A stretch of 38,879 nucleotides of DNA, from the NCBI GenBank assembly GCA_964453755.1, contig CAYVPL010000002.1, positions 1 to 38,879 on the forward strand. The letters run 5' to 3'. The notes beneath the pieces are model-generated. The model worked only from the letters and a program-made list of their open reading frames with translations, was not told the DNA's origin and did not search any database. Of the stretch, positions 7,780 to 16,890 are shown piece after piece. The DNA is from an uncultured Planctomycetales bacterium. GTDB taxonomy: Bacteria > Planctomycetota > UBA1135. Within the stretch, counting starts at the first letter, position 1. Each line of letters starts with the position of its first letter. A program made the translations under genes and the position numbers.

Positions 7780-9888
7780 GTGCCGGCCCGCCTCGTCCTG
7801 GGTCTGAACCAGTACACGCATTCGGCGGCCGCCTGCCTCCTGGACGAGGAGGGGCGGTTGCTGGCGATGCAGCAGAAGGAGCGGCTCAGCCGCAAGAAGC
7901 ACGACGGCGGCGACGTCGCGGAATTGGTCGAGCAGCTCCTGGCCGAAGCCGGCGCGCGGCCGCGCGATCTGGCCATGGTGGCGGCCAGCAATCACCTGTT
8001 CCGCATCGACCGGTTTCACGAAACGGTCGCCTGGGAGACCGCTCTCTATCACCATCCGGAGACCTACGTCTCCCCTTTCAACCTGCTGCCGGGCGCGCCG
8101 CGTCTGGAGCTCTCTCACCACCTGGCGCATGCCTGGTCGGTGCTGCCTTACGCGCCCTTCGACGAGGGCTTGATCGTCGTGATGGACGGCATGGGTTCCA
8201 CGCTGCAGGACATGCAGCGGCCCGGCGCCGGCTTCGTCTCCGAACTGAGCCTGCCGCGCGCGCCCGGCTTCCGCGAAGTGCGCCGCGCCGATGCGGCTCC
8301 CTACGGCTGGCGCGAGGCCGAAACGGCCTTCCTGTTCCGCGGCCTGCGTCTGCGCCGCCTCTTCAAGCGCTGGACCCCGGAGCCGACGCCGGTCTTCCTT
8401 CACAATTACGGATTCGCCGACATGACTTCGTTGGGCGCGGTCTATTCGCGCGTCGCCAGCCACGTGTTCGGCGACTGGAACGACTGCGGCAAGGTCATGG
8501 GCCTCGCGCCGTGGGCTCCGGATTGGGCGCCGCGGCTGCGCCGCCGGCCGGTGCTGCGCGGCCCGCTCGAGCGCCTGCATGTGGACGTGCAGCGGCTGCG
8601 GGACGAGGCGCATCCGCACGGTTGGCATGAGGAACGCAATCGGCCCGCCTACGCGCGGCTCGCGGCCGACGTGCAAGGCGACCTCGAGCGCGTGGCGGTG
8701 GATTTCCTGACGCGGCTGCGCCGGCGCACCGGCGCGCGCAATCTCGCGCTCTGCGGCGGCGTGGCCCTGAATTGCGTGATGAACGGGCGCATCGCCCGCG
8801 ATTGCGGCTTCGAGCAAGTCTTCGTGCCGCCGTATCCCGGCGACGAAGGCGTGGCGGTCGGCTCCGCGGCCTTCGCCTGGCACCGGCTGCATCCGCGGGC
8901 GCGGCCGGCGCGCCGTCCGCTGAGCCCCTTCACGGGGCGCCGGCTCGATCCCGAGCTGGCGGAAGACGCGCTGGCCGACTGGTCGCCGTGGCTGGAAGAA
9001 CTGCCCGCGCCAGCCAGCGAGGCGGCGCTGCTGCAGGAGATCGCCGCTGACCTGGCCGCCGGCCGCACGGTGGGCTGGTGCTGGGGCGAGGCCGAGTTCG
9101 GCCCGCGCGCGCTCGGCCGGCGCAGCATCCTGGCCGATCCGCGCCGCCCCGAAATGGTCGGGCGCATCAACGCCGCGATCAAGAAGCGGGAAGGGTTTCG
9201 GCCCTTCGCGCCCGCCGTGCTGGCCGAACACGCGGCCGCCTGGTTTCGCCGGCCGCCGCCTTCGCCGTGGATGTCCTTCACCGCGGCGGCGCTGCCGCGC
9301 GCGCGCCGTGAAGTTCCGGCGGTGGTGCATGCCGACGGCAGCGTGCGCCTGCAGACGCTGCCTGCGCAGGACACGCCGGAGCATCCCGCCGGCTGCGCGC
9401 GCTTCCGCCGCCTGATCGAGCTTTTTCACGCGCTCACCGGCGTGCCGATGCTGCTCAACACCTCCTTCAATCTCCGCGGCGAGCCCATCGTCGAGAGCGC
9501 GCGCGACGCCGTGTGGACCTTCCTGCGCGCCGATCTGGATCTGCTCGTGCTGGACGGACGGAGGTTCCGGGCGCGGCCCTTCCCGGCGGCGCGCGGCGGC
9601 CTGCGCGCGGAAATCGCGCCCGGCTGCAGCCTGGAAACGGTGACCAGTCCGCACGGCGATCTGCTGACCGCGCGCGCCCATTGCTGGGGCGAGAGTTTCG
9701 ATCTCGAGCCGGAAGAACTGGATCTGCTGCAGCAGGCCGCGGGCGGCGTGGAACTGCCGCGCGGCCGCATGGAGGCGGCGCGCCGCCTGTGGCAGCTGCG
9801 CCTGCTGATTGTCAAACCGGCCGCGAAGGCAGCGACAGCACAATCCAAGCCGTCACGCAGCCGCTCGCCACGACCACGACGCGCATGA
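7780..9888 (+). CDS. carbamoyltransferase, NodU/CmcH family
   Basis: GTG start at 7780. The N-terminus LGLNQYTHSAAACLLDEEG fits the LG..THDSaAal motif. ELSHHLAHAWS and LALCGGVALNCVMNG also match. The C-terminal domain shows GPRALGRRSILADPR, IKKREGFRPFAP and LNTSFNLRGEPIV. Confidence 0.85.
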   Translation: MPARLVLGLNQYTHSAAACLLDEEGRLLAMQQKERLSRKKHDGGDVAELVEQLLAEAGARPRDLAMVAASNHLFRIDRFHETVAWETALYHHPETYVSPFNLLPGAPRLELSHHLAHAWSVLPYAPFDEGLIVVMDGMGSTLQDMQRPGAGFVSELSLPRAPGFREVRRADAAPYGWREAETAFLFRGLRLRRLFKRWTPEPTPVFLHNYGFADMTSLGAVYSRVASHVFGDWNDCGKVMGLAPWAPDWAPRLRRRPVLRGPLERLHVDVQRLRDEAHPHGWHEERNRPAYARLAADVQGDLERVAVDFLTRLRRRTGARNLALCGGVALNCVMNGRIARDCGFEQVFVPPYPGDEGVAVGSAAFAWHRLHPRARPARRPLSPFTGRRLDPELAEDALADWSPWLEELPAPASEAALLQEIAADLAAGRTVGWCWGEAEFGPRALGRRSILADPRRPEMVGRINAAIKKREGFRPFAPAVLAEHAAAWFRRPPPSPWMSFTAAALPRARREVPAVVHADGSVRLQTLPAQDTPEHPAGCARFRRLIELFHALTGVPMLLNTSFNLRGEPIVESARDAVWTFLRADLDLLVLDGRRFRARPFPAARGGLRAEIAPGCSLETVTSPHGDLLTARAHCWGESFDLEPEELDLLQQAAGGVELPRGRMEAARRLWQLRLLIVKPAAKAATAQSKPSRSRSPRPRRA

Positions 9889-10177
9889 CGTGCGCGTCGG
9901 CGGGCAGGCGCCACAGCGCCAGGCCCATGCCCATGGCCGCCATCGCCACGACCGTCAATTTGACGCCGCGGCGCACGCCGCGGCCCGCGCGCCAATCGCG
10001 AATCGGCGGACCGAGCCAGCGGTGATCCACCAGCCAAGCCTCCCAGCGGGGCGAGGCGCGGACCCAGCAGGCGGCGGCGAGCAGCAGGAAGGGGCTGGTC
10101 GGCAGCAGCGGAACCAGCAACGCGGCCAGGCCGATGGCCAGGAACAGCCCCCCCAGCACGCCCCAGAACCAGCGCAT
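9812..10177 (-). CDS. DUF454 (YbaN-like) inner-membrane protein
   Basis: The start is MRWFWGVLGGLFLAIGLAALLVPLLPTSPFLLLAAACW at 10177 (cat at 10175-10177); this is the characteristic DUF454 opening. It is 121 aa with three or four TM helices. Its 3' end overlaps the convergent carbamoyltransferase ORF by 77 nt. Confidence 0.65.
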   Translation of the reverse strand: MRWFWGVLGGLFLAIGLAALLVPLLPTSPFLLLAAACWVRASPRWEAWLVDHRWLGPPIRDWRAGRGVRRGVKLTVVAMAAMGMGLALWRLPADAHVMRVVVVASGCVTAWIVLSLPSRPV

Positions 10178-10231
10178 CGGGGAAGATCCTAGAATAGAGA
10201 CGGACCGGACACTAGGAAATCGGGTCAAGCC

Positions 10232-10825
10232 ATGGAAAGCACCAAAATCGCCATCACCGCGGAGCCGCAGGTCGTTCCCAGCAATTGCCTGTTCCGCGTG
10301 GACCGCTCGCTGCACGTCGGCACCGTCTACGTCAGCGATGCCGCCTGGGCGCAGACGCACGCGCCGCTCGTGGCCGCGCTGTTCGTGGCCGTGCCGGACC
10401 TGAAGGGCGTGCGCATCGCCGACGCCGAAGTGATGATTTCGATGAAGGCGGTGCCCGCGGACTGGCGCACCGTCGCGCGCACGGCCGGCCAGGCGATCCG
10501 GGCTCACCTCGAGGCCGGCGGCGCCGTCTTCAACCCCGGCGCCCTGGAGACCCTGCAGGGTCACGACCTGATGCGGCAGCGGGCGCAGAAGGTGATTGAC
10601 GAGCAGCTCAACCCGATGCTCTCCTCGCACGGCGGCTGGGTGGACATCCAGGCCAGCGACGCGCAGGATCTGTACATCAGCATGGCGGGCGGTTGTCAGG
10701 GCTGTAGTTCGGCGGCCTACACGATGAAGCAGGGCGTGGAAGTGGCGCTGCGGCAGGCCGTGCCTGAAATCGCCAACATCTACGACGCCACCGACCACAG
10801 CGCCGGCGCCAACCCGTACATGTAG
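10232..10825 (+). CDS. NifU/Nfu-type Fe-S cluster scaffold or carrier protein
   Basis: 197 aa. The C-terminal NifU domain shows IDEQLNPMLSSHGGWVDI ... MAGGCQGCSSAAYTMKQGVE, which includes the CxxC cluster-binding motif. The N-terminal ~100 aa resembles an Nfu_N-type domain. Confidence 0.75.
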   Translation: MESTKIAITAEPQVVPSNCLFRVDRSLHVGTVYVSDAAWAQTHAPLVAALFVAVPDLKGVRIADAEVMISMKAVPADWRTVARTAGQAIRAHLEAGGAVFNPGALETLQGHDLMRQRAQKVIDEQLNPMLSSHGGWVDIQASDAQDLYISMAGGCQGCSSAAYTMKQGVEVALRQAVPEIANIYDATDHSAGANPYM

Positions 10826-10843
10826 GGCTTAGACTGGTTCCGC

Positions 10844-11728
10844 TTGGCGGACTCTCCCCCCGCGGTTCCACTCCCTTCGGCCCCCGATCGCGACGCGAAC
10901 TGCGCGAATTGTGGCGGCCCCGTGGCCGGCGCCTTCTGCCCTGCCTGCGGCCAAGGAGCGCGCGCCGCCAGCCGCAGCATCGGCGACCAGCTGCAGGAAC
11001 TGCTCGGCAGTTTCTTCGCCTTCGACGGCCGCGTCTGGCGCTCGATGCTGCCGCTCTTCTTCCGGCCCGGCGCGCTCACGCGCGCCTGGATCGAGGGCAA
11101 GCGCGCTTCCTTCGTGCCGCCGCTGCGCCTGTTCCTGTTCTTCTCCATCCTTCTGTTCCTCGTCATTCAGTGCAAGACGCCGACCACCGGCCTGCTGGTG
11201 CCGGACGCGGCCCCGGCGGCCGACGAGAGCGTCGAGAACGACTTCAGCATGGAACTGGGCCTGCCGGACTTCTGGCCCTTCTCGAAACTGCAAATCATGC
11301 TCGAAGCGCAGGAGCAGATGCTGCAAAAGTTGTCGCCCGAGGCGCGCAACTACGTCCTGGTGCGCCGCGCCATGGAGTTGGCGCCGATCGGATTGCTGCT
11401 ACTGCTGCCGCTGATGGCCCTCTTCCTGCAATTGTGGTGGATGCGCACCGGATCGTTCTACCTCGATCACCTGGTGCTGCTGATGCACGCCTACGCATTC
11501 CTGTGCGGCCTCGCGGTCTTTCTGACGCTGACGCCGCTGCCGGACTGGGCGCGCGTCCTGACTCCCTGCGCGGCAGTGCCGGTCTACTTCCACGTCGCCA
11601 TGCGGCGCGTCTATCAGCGCGGCTTCTGGCGCACCCTCGGCGGCACCTTCGTCGGCGGAGCGGTCACGGTGGCGGCGGTGGTGCTGGTCGTCATCACCCT
11701 CGTGCCTTACGCCCTGCTGACGGTCTGA
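10844..11728 (+). CDS. DUF3667-family membrane protein with an N-terminal zinc ribbon
   Basis: TTG start, position uncertain. CANCGGPVAGAFCPACGQ is followed by LFFRPGALTRAWIEGKRASFVPPLRLFLFFSILLF, the DUF3667 signature. Several C-terminal TM helices follow. Confidence 0.65.
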   Translation: MADSPPAVPLPSAPDRDANCANCGGPVAGAFCPACGQGARAASRSIGDQLQELLGSFFAFDGRVWRSMLPLFFRPGALTRAWIEGKRASFVPPLRLFLFFSILLFLVIQCKTPTTGLLVPDAAPAADESVENDFSMELGLPDFWPFSKLQIMLEAQEQMLQKLSPEARNYVLVRRAMELAPIGLLLLLPLMALFLQLWWMRTGSFYLDHLVLLMHAYAFLCGLAVFLTLTPLPDWARVLTPCAAVPVYFHVAMRRVYQRGFWRTLGGTFVGGAVTVAAVVLVVITLVPYALLTV

Positions 11729-11729
11729 C

Positions 11730-12212
11730 TTACTCGAGCAGCGAGCGCAGCATCCAGGCCGTCTTCTCGCCGATCTGCATGCGCTGGGTGAGCAGATCGC
11801 AGGTGGACTGGTCGTTGGCCTCTTCGGCCATCGGGAAGATGGTGCGGGCGGTCAGCACCGTCGCCTCGTGCCCCTCCATGAGATTGCGGATCATCTCCAG
11901 GGCGGGCGGCGGCAAACCGGGCGCGTCTTCCTCGATCGAACTCAACTCGACGAAAGCGCGGTAACTCCCCGGCGCAAATTCGCCCAACGCGCGAATGCGC
12001 TCGGCGATCTCGTCGGTGGCGGTCCACAATTCCTGATACTGCGCCATGAACATCAGGTGCAGGGTCTGGAACATCGGACCGGTGACGTTCCAGTGGTACT
12101 GGTGCGTCTTCAACTGCAGCGTGTAGGTGTCCGCCAACAGGCGGCCCAGGCCCTCCGCGATTTCCTTGCGCGCGCCGTCCGGGATGCCGAGCTCGGGTTT
12201 CATGCCCGGCAT
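11730..12212 (-). CDS. dps: Dps, a ferritin-like DNA-protection protein
   Basis: LLADTYTLQLKTHQYHWNVTGPMFQTLHLMF ... TDEIAERIRALG ... DLLTQRMQIGEKTAWMLRS is a full-length Dps pattern. The start may be the second Met at 12203, which has AGGA 8 nt upstream. Confidence 0.9.
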   Translation of the reverse strand: MPGMKPELGIPDGARKEIAEGLGRLLADTYTLQLKTHQYHWNVTGPMFQTLHLMFMAQYQELWTATDEIAERIRALGEFAPGSYRAFVELSSIEEDAPGLPPPALEMIRNLMEGHEATVLTARTIFPMAEEANDQSTCDLLTQRMQIGEKTAWMLRSLLE

Positions 12213-12236
12213 CCTAGGACCGGCGCCGCATCCTCT

Positions 12237-13730
12237 CTAGGGGATCACCGCCGCGTGGACGTTGGAGCCGTTGCCCTGCTCCACGGCCATCAGGCGCACG
12301 CTGAGACCTGCCGCCACGCCCGGAACCAGGCGATTCAACGTGGCGAGTCCGGCGCCGTTGGCGTGCAGCGCGGCCAGCAACTGCGGCGCGACGAGGCCGA
12401 TCGTCGTGTGCATCTGCGGCAAGTCGGTGATGCCGGCGCCCTGCGTGCTGTAGGCCAGATAGACGTTGCCGTTGGGCTTCGCGCCGGTGACGGAGAAGTT
12501 GGCCAGGTTGCCGGACACGAGGTTGGTGACCACGAGGCTCATCGAACCGGTCACCGCCTCGGTCACGGCTTTGTAGAGATTGACGCGGCCGCGCCCGTAG
12601 AGGGTGTCTTCGCCCGCGGCGCCGAGGTCGTCGCAGCCGTCGTAGAGGCGAGCCTCCACGGTGAGGCTGTCCAGGTAAGGGTTGGCCGCCCAGATCATCG
12701 CGGCCACGGCATTCGTCATCGGCGTCGAGAAAGAGGTGCCGCTCACGTAGTTGTAGCCGCCGCCGAGCGTGGTGGTGAGAATGTCCTGGCCCGGAGCCAC
12801 GCAGTCCACGGCGACGCCGTAGGAGGACCACCCGGTCTTGGTGTCGGTCCAGTCGGTGGCGCCGACCACGACCACGTCCGGCCAGTCGAAGCCGCTGTGG
12901 TTCTGGCCGTAGTTGTCAGCCGCGTAGAAGTAGAGGCCGCCCAGGCTGCGCACGTAGGTGCCGGTGGTGCTGACGGAGGTGTTCTGCACGCCGGTGTAGG
13001 AGGCGCTGATGGTCTTGGCGCCGTTCTCCACGGCCCAGCGCGCGCCCTCTTCCAGATCCGAGAGGTAGGCGCCGCCGCCCGGGTCGTTGCTGACGCGCAC
13101 CGGCATCAGCTGCACGTCCCAGCACACGCCGGCCACGCCCAGCGAGTTGTTGCCGATGGCGCCGATCGTGCCGGCCACCATCGTGCCGTGCCCGTTGATG
13201 TCCTGGATGGTGCCGCCCTGCGATTGCGGCTTGTCCTCGACGGCGTTGTAGCCGGGGATCAGGCGCGCGGCGAGATCCGGATGGTTGAGGTCCACGCCGG
13301 TGTCGGTGAAGGCGGAGATCACCGCGGAGGCGTCGGTGATGAGATCCCAAGCTGCGGCGCTCTGGATCGTGGCGTGGTGCCATTGGCTGTTGTAGAGCGG
13401 ATCGTTCGGCGTGTTCAGCGGATAGACGATCCAGTCCGGCACGACGTACTCGAAGAACCCGGTGGCCAGCAGCTCCTCGGCGTAGTGCCGGTCTTCCAGA
13501 CCCTCGGGCACCTGCACGACGAACTCCCGCACCTCGGGGAAGAAGCGGATGGAGCGCGCTCCCACCAGGTCGCGGGCGGACTCCAGTTCGGCGGCCAGCG
13601 GCCGCGCGATCAGGCGGCCGGACAACTCCGTCTGACCGGGACGGTCCACGAAGAGTTGGAGCGATTGCTCGGGGGCGAAGGGCGCGCTTTGAGGCGCGGC
13701 CAGCAGCAGCAGCAGGCAGGCAGGTGTCAT
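12237..13730 (-). CDS. secreted subtilisin-like serine peptidase (S8) with propeptide and C-terminal beta-domain
   Basis: It has a signal peptide, MTPACLLLLLAAPQSAP. The catalytic triad motifs occur in D-H-S order: FTDTGVDLNHPDL, NGHGTMVAGTIGA and SGTSFSTPMTNAVAAM. Confidence 0.9.
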   Translation of the reverse strand: MTPACLLLLLAAPQSAPFAPEQSLQLFVDRPGQTELSGRLIARPLAAELESARDLVGARSIRFFPEVREFVVQVPEGLEDRHYAEELLATGFFEYVVPDWIVYPLNTPNDPLYNSQWHHATIQSAAAWDLITDASAVISAFTDTGVDLNHPDLAARLIPGYNAVEDKPQSQGGTIQDINGHGTMVAGTIGAIGNNSLGVAGVCWDVQLMPVRVSNDPGGGAYLSDLEEGARWAVENGAKTISASYTGVQNTSVSTTGTYVRSLGGLYFYAADNYGQNHSGFDWPDVVVVGATDWTDTKTGWSSYGVAVDCVAPGQDILTTTLGGGYNYVSGTSFSTPMTNAVAAMIWAANPYLDSLTVEARLYDGCDDLGAAGEDTLYGRGRVNLYKAVTEAVTGSMSLVVTNLVSGNLANFSVTGAKPNGNVYLAYSTQGAGITDLPQMHTTIGLVAPQLLAALHANGAGLATLNRLVPGVAAGLSVRLMAVEQGNGSNVHAAVIP

Positions 13731-13838
13731 GGGGTGAGGGAACGGGTGAGCAAGTCTACTGGAGGATTCCTGGACTTCACGCGAAACCGGAGCGAAAAGT
13801 GCCTCAATTCAAACAGGGAGCGGTCTTAGCATAAGAAG

Positions 13839-14603
13839 ATGCGCATCCTCCTGGCCGGTCTCCTTGGCCTCGCCCTTGGCTCCCAGGAGCCGAGCGGCGT
13901 CGGCTACGACGATACTCCTCTGATCCCCGGCCAGAAGTGGCGGGTGCACGACAAGCAGCGGCCTTCGCCGCCCGTGGTGCGGCCGGCGGCCCCGACTTTG
14001 CCGCCCGCCGACGCAATCGTGCTCTTCGACGGAACCGATCTGTCCGCCTGGGAGCACGGCGACGGCCAGCCGGCCGCCTGGAAGTTGGAGAACGGCGTCA
14101 TGGAGGTCGGCGGCGGCAAGGGCGATTTGCAGACCAAGGCCACCTTCGGCTCCTGCCAGCTGCACCTCGAGTGGATGGCGCCGTCCCCCCCCCGCAACGA
14201 CTCGCAGGGCCGCGGCAACAGCGGCGTCTTCCTGATGGGCCGCTACGAGGTGCAGGTGCTGGATTCCTTCCAGAACGTCACCTACGCCGACGGCCAGGCC
14301 GCCGCGCTGTACGGCCAGCAGCCGCCGCTCGTGAACGCCTGCCGCGAGCCCGGTCAGTGGCAGAGTTATGACATTTTCTTCCGCGCGCCGGAATTCGACG
14401 CGCAGGGCGGCCTCGCCGCGCCGGCGGTCGTCACGGTGCTGCACAACGGCGTGCTCGTGCACCACGCGCAGCCGCTGCTCGGCGCCACCGCGCACCGCGC
14501 CGTTGCGCAATATCAGGCGCACGAAGGGCGTCTGCCGATCAAGCTCCAGGACCACGGCGACCCCGTGCGCTACCGCAACGTCTGGATCCGCCCGCTCGAG
14601 TGA
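13839..14603 (+). CDS. DUF1080 (3-keto-disaccharide hydrolase-like, concanavalin-like fold) secreted protein
   Basis: It has a signal peptide. LFDGTDLSAWE ... WKLENGVMEV ... GDLQTKATFGSCQLHLEW ... NSGVFLMGRYEVQVLD ... LPIKLQDHGDPVRYRNVWIRPL is the standard DUF1080 pattern. Confidence 0.8.
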   Translation: MRILLAGLLGLALGSQEPSGVGYDDTPLIPGQKWRVHDKQRPSPPVVRPAAPTLPPADAIVLFDGTDLSAWEHGDGQPAAWKLENGVMEVGGGKGDLQTKATFGSCQLHLEWMAPSPPRNDSQGRGNSGVFLMGRYEVQVLDSFQNVTYADGQAAALYGQQPPLVNACREPGQWQSYDIFFRAPEFDAQGGLAAPAVVTVLHNGVLVHHAQPLLGATAHRAVAQYQAHEGRLPIKLQDHGDPVRYRNVWIRPLE

Positions 14604-14613
14604 CAGGACGCCG

Positions 14614-15633
14614 ATGAAGCCCAGCCTCCGCCTCCTCCCCTTCCTGATCACCCTGCTGGCCGGTCCGGCGCTCGCTCAAGAAGCCGCACCGCCGCCGACG
14701 AAGCCGGAAGCGCCGCGGCACACCTTCCTGTGGAAGGTCGAGCACGAGGGCCTGGCGCCGAACTACCTCTTCGGCACCATTCACGTGCCCGACGACCGCA
14801 TCCACGCCCTGCACGCCGAAGTCAAAGCGGCGCTGGATCAGGCCGACGCCCTGATCGGCGAGCTCGATCTCACGGACACCTCGGAGATGGAGCGGAAAAT
14901 CACCGAGGCGGGCACGCTGCCCGCAGGCCAGAGTCTCAAGGCGCTGCTGCCGGCCGATCTCTATCAGGAGTTGGACGCAGTCCTGACACCTTACGGCTTG
15001 CGCGCGGCCCTGCTCGACCGGTTGAAGCCTTTCATGGTCAATTTGACTCTGGCGCAACTCGAAGTGATGCAGGACTCCCTGGCGGGCAAGAAGGCGCTGG
15101 ACGTGCGCCTCTTCGCGGTGGCCAAGCACAAGGGCATGCAGGTCGGCTGCGTCGAGACCATCGACGAGCAAGTGGATGCGCTGGCCAACACTCTGACGAT
15201 GGAAGAATCCATCGTCGCCCTGCGGGAGACGCTCGACGAGCTCAAGAAGGCGAAGGAGCGCGGCATCGGCGCCCTGGAGCGCGTGATGCTGGCCTGGCTG
15301 TCCGGCAGCGAGCGCTATTTGCTGGCCATCGCGTTGGAGACCTGGGATCCGGACGATCCGGTGGATCAACGCGTGCAGGAAGCGCTGCTCTACCAGCGCA
15401 ACCGCAACATGGCGGAGCGCTCGGCCAAGATGATGCGCGAGCATCCGGAGACGCGCCACGTCTTCGCCTTCGGCACCTTTCACTTCATTGGGCCGCAGAG
15501 CGTGGTCGAACTGTTGCGCAAGGACGGGTTCACGGTCACGCGCCTCGCGGCGCCGACGCCCGAGGAAGAGCAGGCGATCCTGGACGCGGATCCGTGGCTG
15601 GAGCAGCCGGAGAAGGCAGCCGGCGGTCAGTGA
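14614..15633 (+). CDS. exported TraB/GumN (TIKI-like) family protein
   Basis: ATG at 14614 gives the signal peptide MKPSLRLLPFLITLLAGPALAQE. FLWKVEHEGLAPNYLFGTIHVPD carries the GTxH motif, and the C-terminal FAFGTFHFIGPQSV carries the second GxxH motif. The upstream part of the 421-aa track ORF is an Arg/Ser-rich artefact. Confidence 0.75.
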   Translation: MKPSLRLLPFLITLLAGPALAQEAAPPPTKPEAPRHTFLWKVEHEGLAPNYLFGTIHVPDDRIHALHAEVKAALDQADALIGELDLTDTSEMERKITEAGTLPAGQSLKALLPADLYQELDAVLTPYGLRAALLDRLKPFMVNLTLAQLEVMQDSLAGKKALDVRLFAVAKHKGMQVGCVETIDEQVDALANTLTMEESIVALRETLDELKKAKERGIGALERVMLAWLSGSERYLLAIALETWDPDDPVDQRVQEALLYQRNRNMAERSAKMMREHPETRHVFAFGTFHFIGPQSVVELLRKDGFTVTRLAAPTPEEEQAILDADPWLEQPEKAAGGQ

Positions 15634-16559
15634 TGCGCGGGATGGCGCTGGCGCTGCCTCTGCTGGCGGCGGGCTGCGCAACGGAGGACCCTTTCATCTG
15701 CTGGACGCAGGTTCCCGGCATCCAGAGCCTGGGCGCGGCACAGGATGCCGGATTTCCGCATCTGGCCTGCACCCGAACCTGTTGCGAAACGGCGCGCGCC
15801 GACGGCCGGCGCGAGCCGGTAGCCGCCCTGGCGCTCTTCGGCGAGCAAGGCTGGTGGCTGGTGGACGCCACGCCGGATCTGCCGCAGCAGGTGCACGAGG
15901 TCGGCGGGCTGCCGCGGGGCATCTTGCTCACGCATGCGCACGTCGGCCACTACACGGGACTGATGTATCTGGGGCGCGAGGGCATGAACGCGCGCGGCAT
16001 GCCGGTGCATTGCAGCGAGAAGATGGCGGAGTTCCTACGCACGAACGCGCCCTGGGATCAGCTGGTGCGGCTCGGCAACGTGGAGCTGCGGCCCTTCGCG
16101 AACGGCGCGATCCTGGAGCTGGATCCGTGGATCCGCGTCGAGGCGATTGCGGTGCCGCACCGCAACGAGTACGCCGACACGCACGCATTCGGGATCACGC
16201 TGCAGGGCTGCGAGCCGCTGCTCTACATGCCGGATCTGGACCGCTGGGACGCGGGCTGGACGCAGGATCCGGGCGCGTTGCTGGCGCGCTTCCCCACCCT
16301 CGTGCTCGACGGCAGCTTCCACTCCGCCGGCGATCTGGACGGCCGCGACATGAGCGTGATTCCGCATCCTCCGATCGTCGCCACGCTGGAATTCCTCCCG
16401 GGCCTGGGGCAGCGGCACGTGCTGTGGTTCACGCACCTCAACCACACCAATCCGCTGTGGGATCCGAAGTCGCCTGCGTCGCAGGAGGCGCTCCGGCGCA
16501 ACTATTTCGTGGCGCACGCCGGCCAGGATCTGACGCCGCCGTTCGGACAAGTTCCCTGA
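15633..16559 (+). CDS. PqqB-like metallo-beta-lactamase-fold lipoprotein
   Basis: The start ATG at 15633 overlaps the upstream TGA (TGATG). The lipoprotein signal is MRGMALALPLLAAGC. GFPHLACTRTCCETARADG resembles the Cys-rich N-terminal PqqB segment. ILLTHAHVGHYTG is an MBL HxHxxH-type motif. WFTHLNHTNP lies near the C-terminus. Confidence 0.6.
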   Translation: MRGMALALPLLAAGCATEDPFICWTQVPGIQSLGAAQDAGFPHLACTRTCCETARADGRREPVAALALFGEQGWWLVDATPDLPQQVHEVGGLPRGILLTHAHVGHYTGLMYLGREGMNARGMPVHCSEKMAEFLRTNAPWDQLVRLGNVELRPFANGAILELDPWIRVEAIAVPHRNEYADTHAFGITLQGCEPLLYMPDLDRWDAGWTQDPGALLARFPTLVLDGSFHSAGDLDGRDMSVIPHPPIVATLEFLPGLGQRHVLWFTHLNHTNPLWDPKSPASQEALRRNYFVAHAGQDLTPPFGQVP

Positions 16560-16569
16560 ACTCCCGGCA

Positions 16570-16857
16570 ATGTTGCAAGAGCAACCTGCCGCATTCGGCA
16601 TGAGTCCTGACATCATCGAAGCGCACAAGAGAAGCCTGCGGAACCGCACGGCCCTCCAAGCCGTGGATCGTTGCGGCTGCTTTTACTGCTGCACCATCTT
16701 CGATCCGCGCGAAATCACGATCTGGGTTGATCCTGCTGATGGCTCAGGTCCTGGTCAGACCGCGTTGTGCGCCAGGTGCGGGATTGATTCGGTCATCACC
16801 TTGGATCCGGAAATGGACGTCGAATTTCTCAAGCGCATGAACCAGCACTGGTTCTGA
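16570..16857 (+). CDS. small Cys-rich (zinc-ribbon-like) conserved hypothetical protein
   Basis: 95 aa with CGCFYCC ... ALCARCGIDSVI ... FLKRMNQHWF. I recognise the C-x-C-x2-C-C / C-x2-C-G-I-D-S-V pattern as a recurrent small protein family, but I cannot name the family. Confidence 0.5.
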   Translation: MLQEQPAAFGMSPDIIEAHKRSLRNRTALQAVDRCGCFYCCTIFDPREITIWVDPADGSGPGQTALCARCGIDSVITLDPEMDVEFLKRMNQHWF

Positions 16858-16890
16858 TGCTCCCAGCGCAGGATTCCAGCCGGTTCCGCC

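Noticed and set aside
7339-9843. An 834-aa minus-strand ORF antisense to the carbamoyltransferase gene.
   Set aside because: The translation is Arg/Ala/Gly/Pro-rich and has no motif structure. The opposite strand carries a full-length carbamoyltransferase with clear motifs. This is a typical GC-driven shadow ORF.
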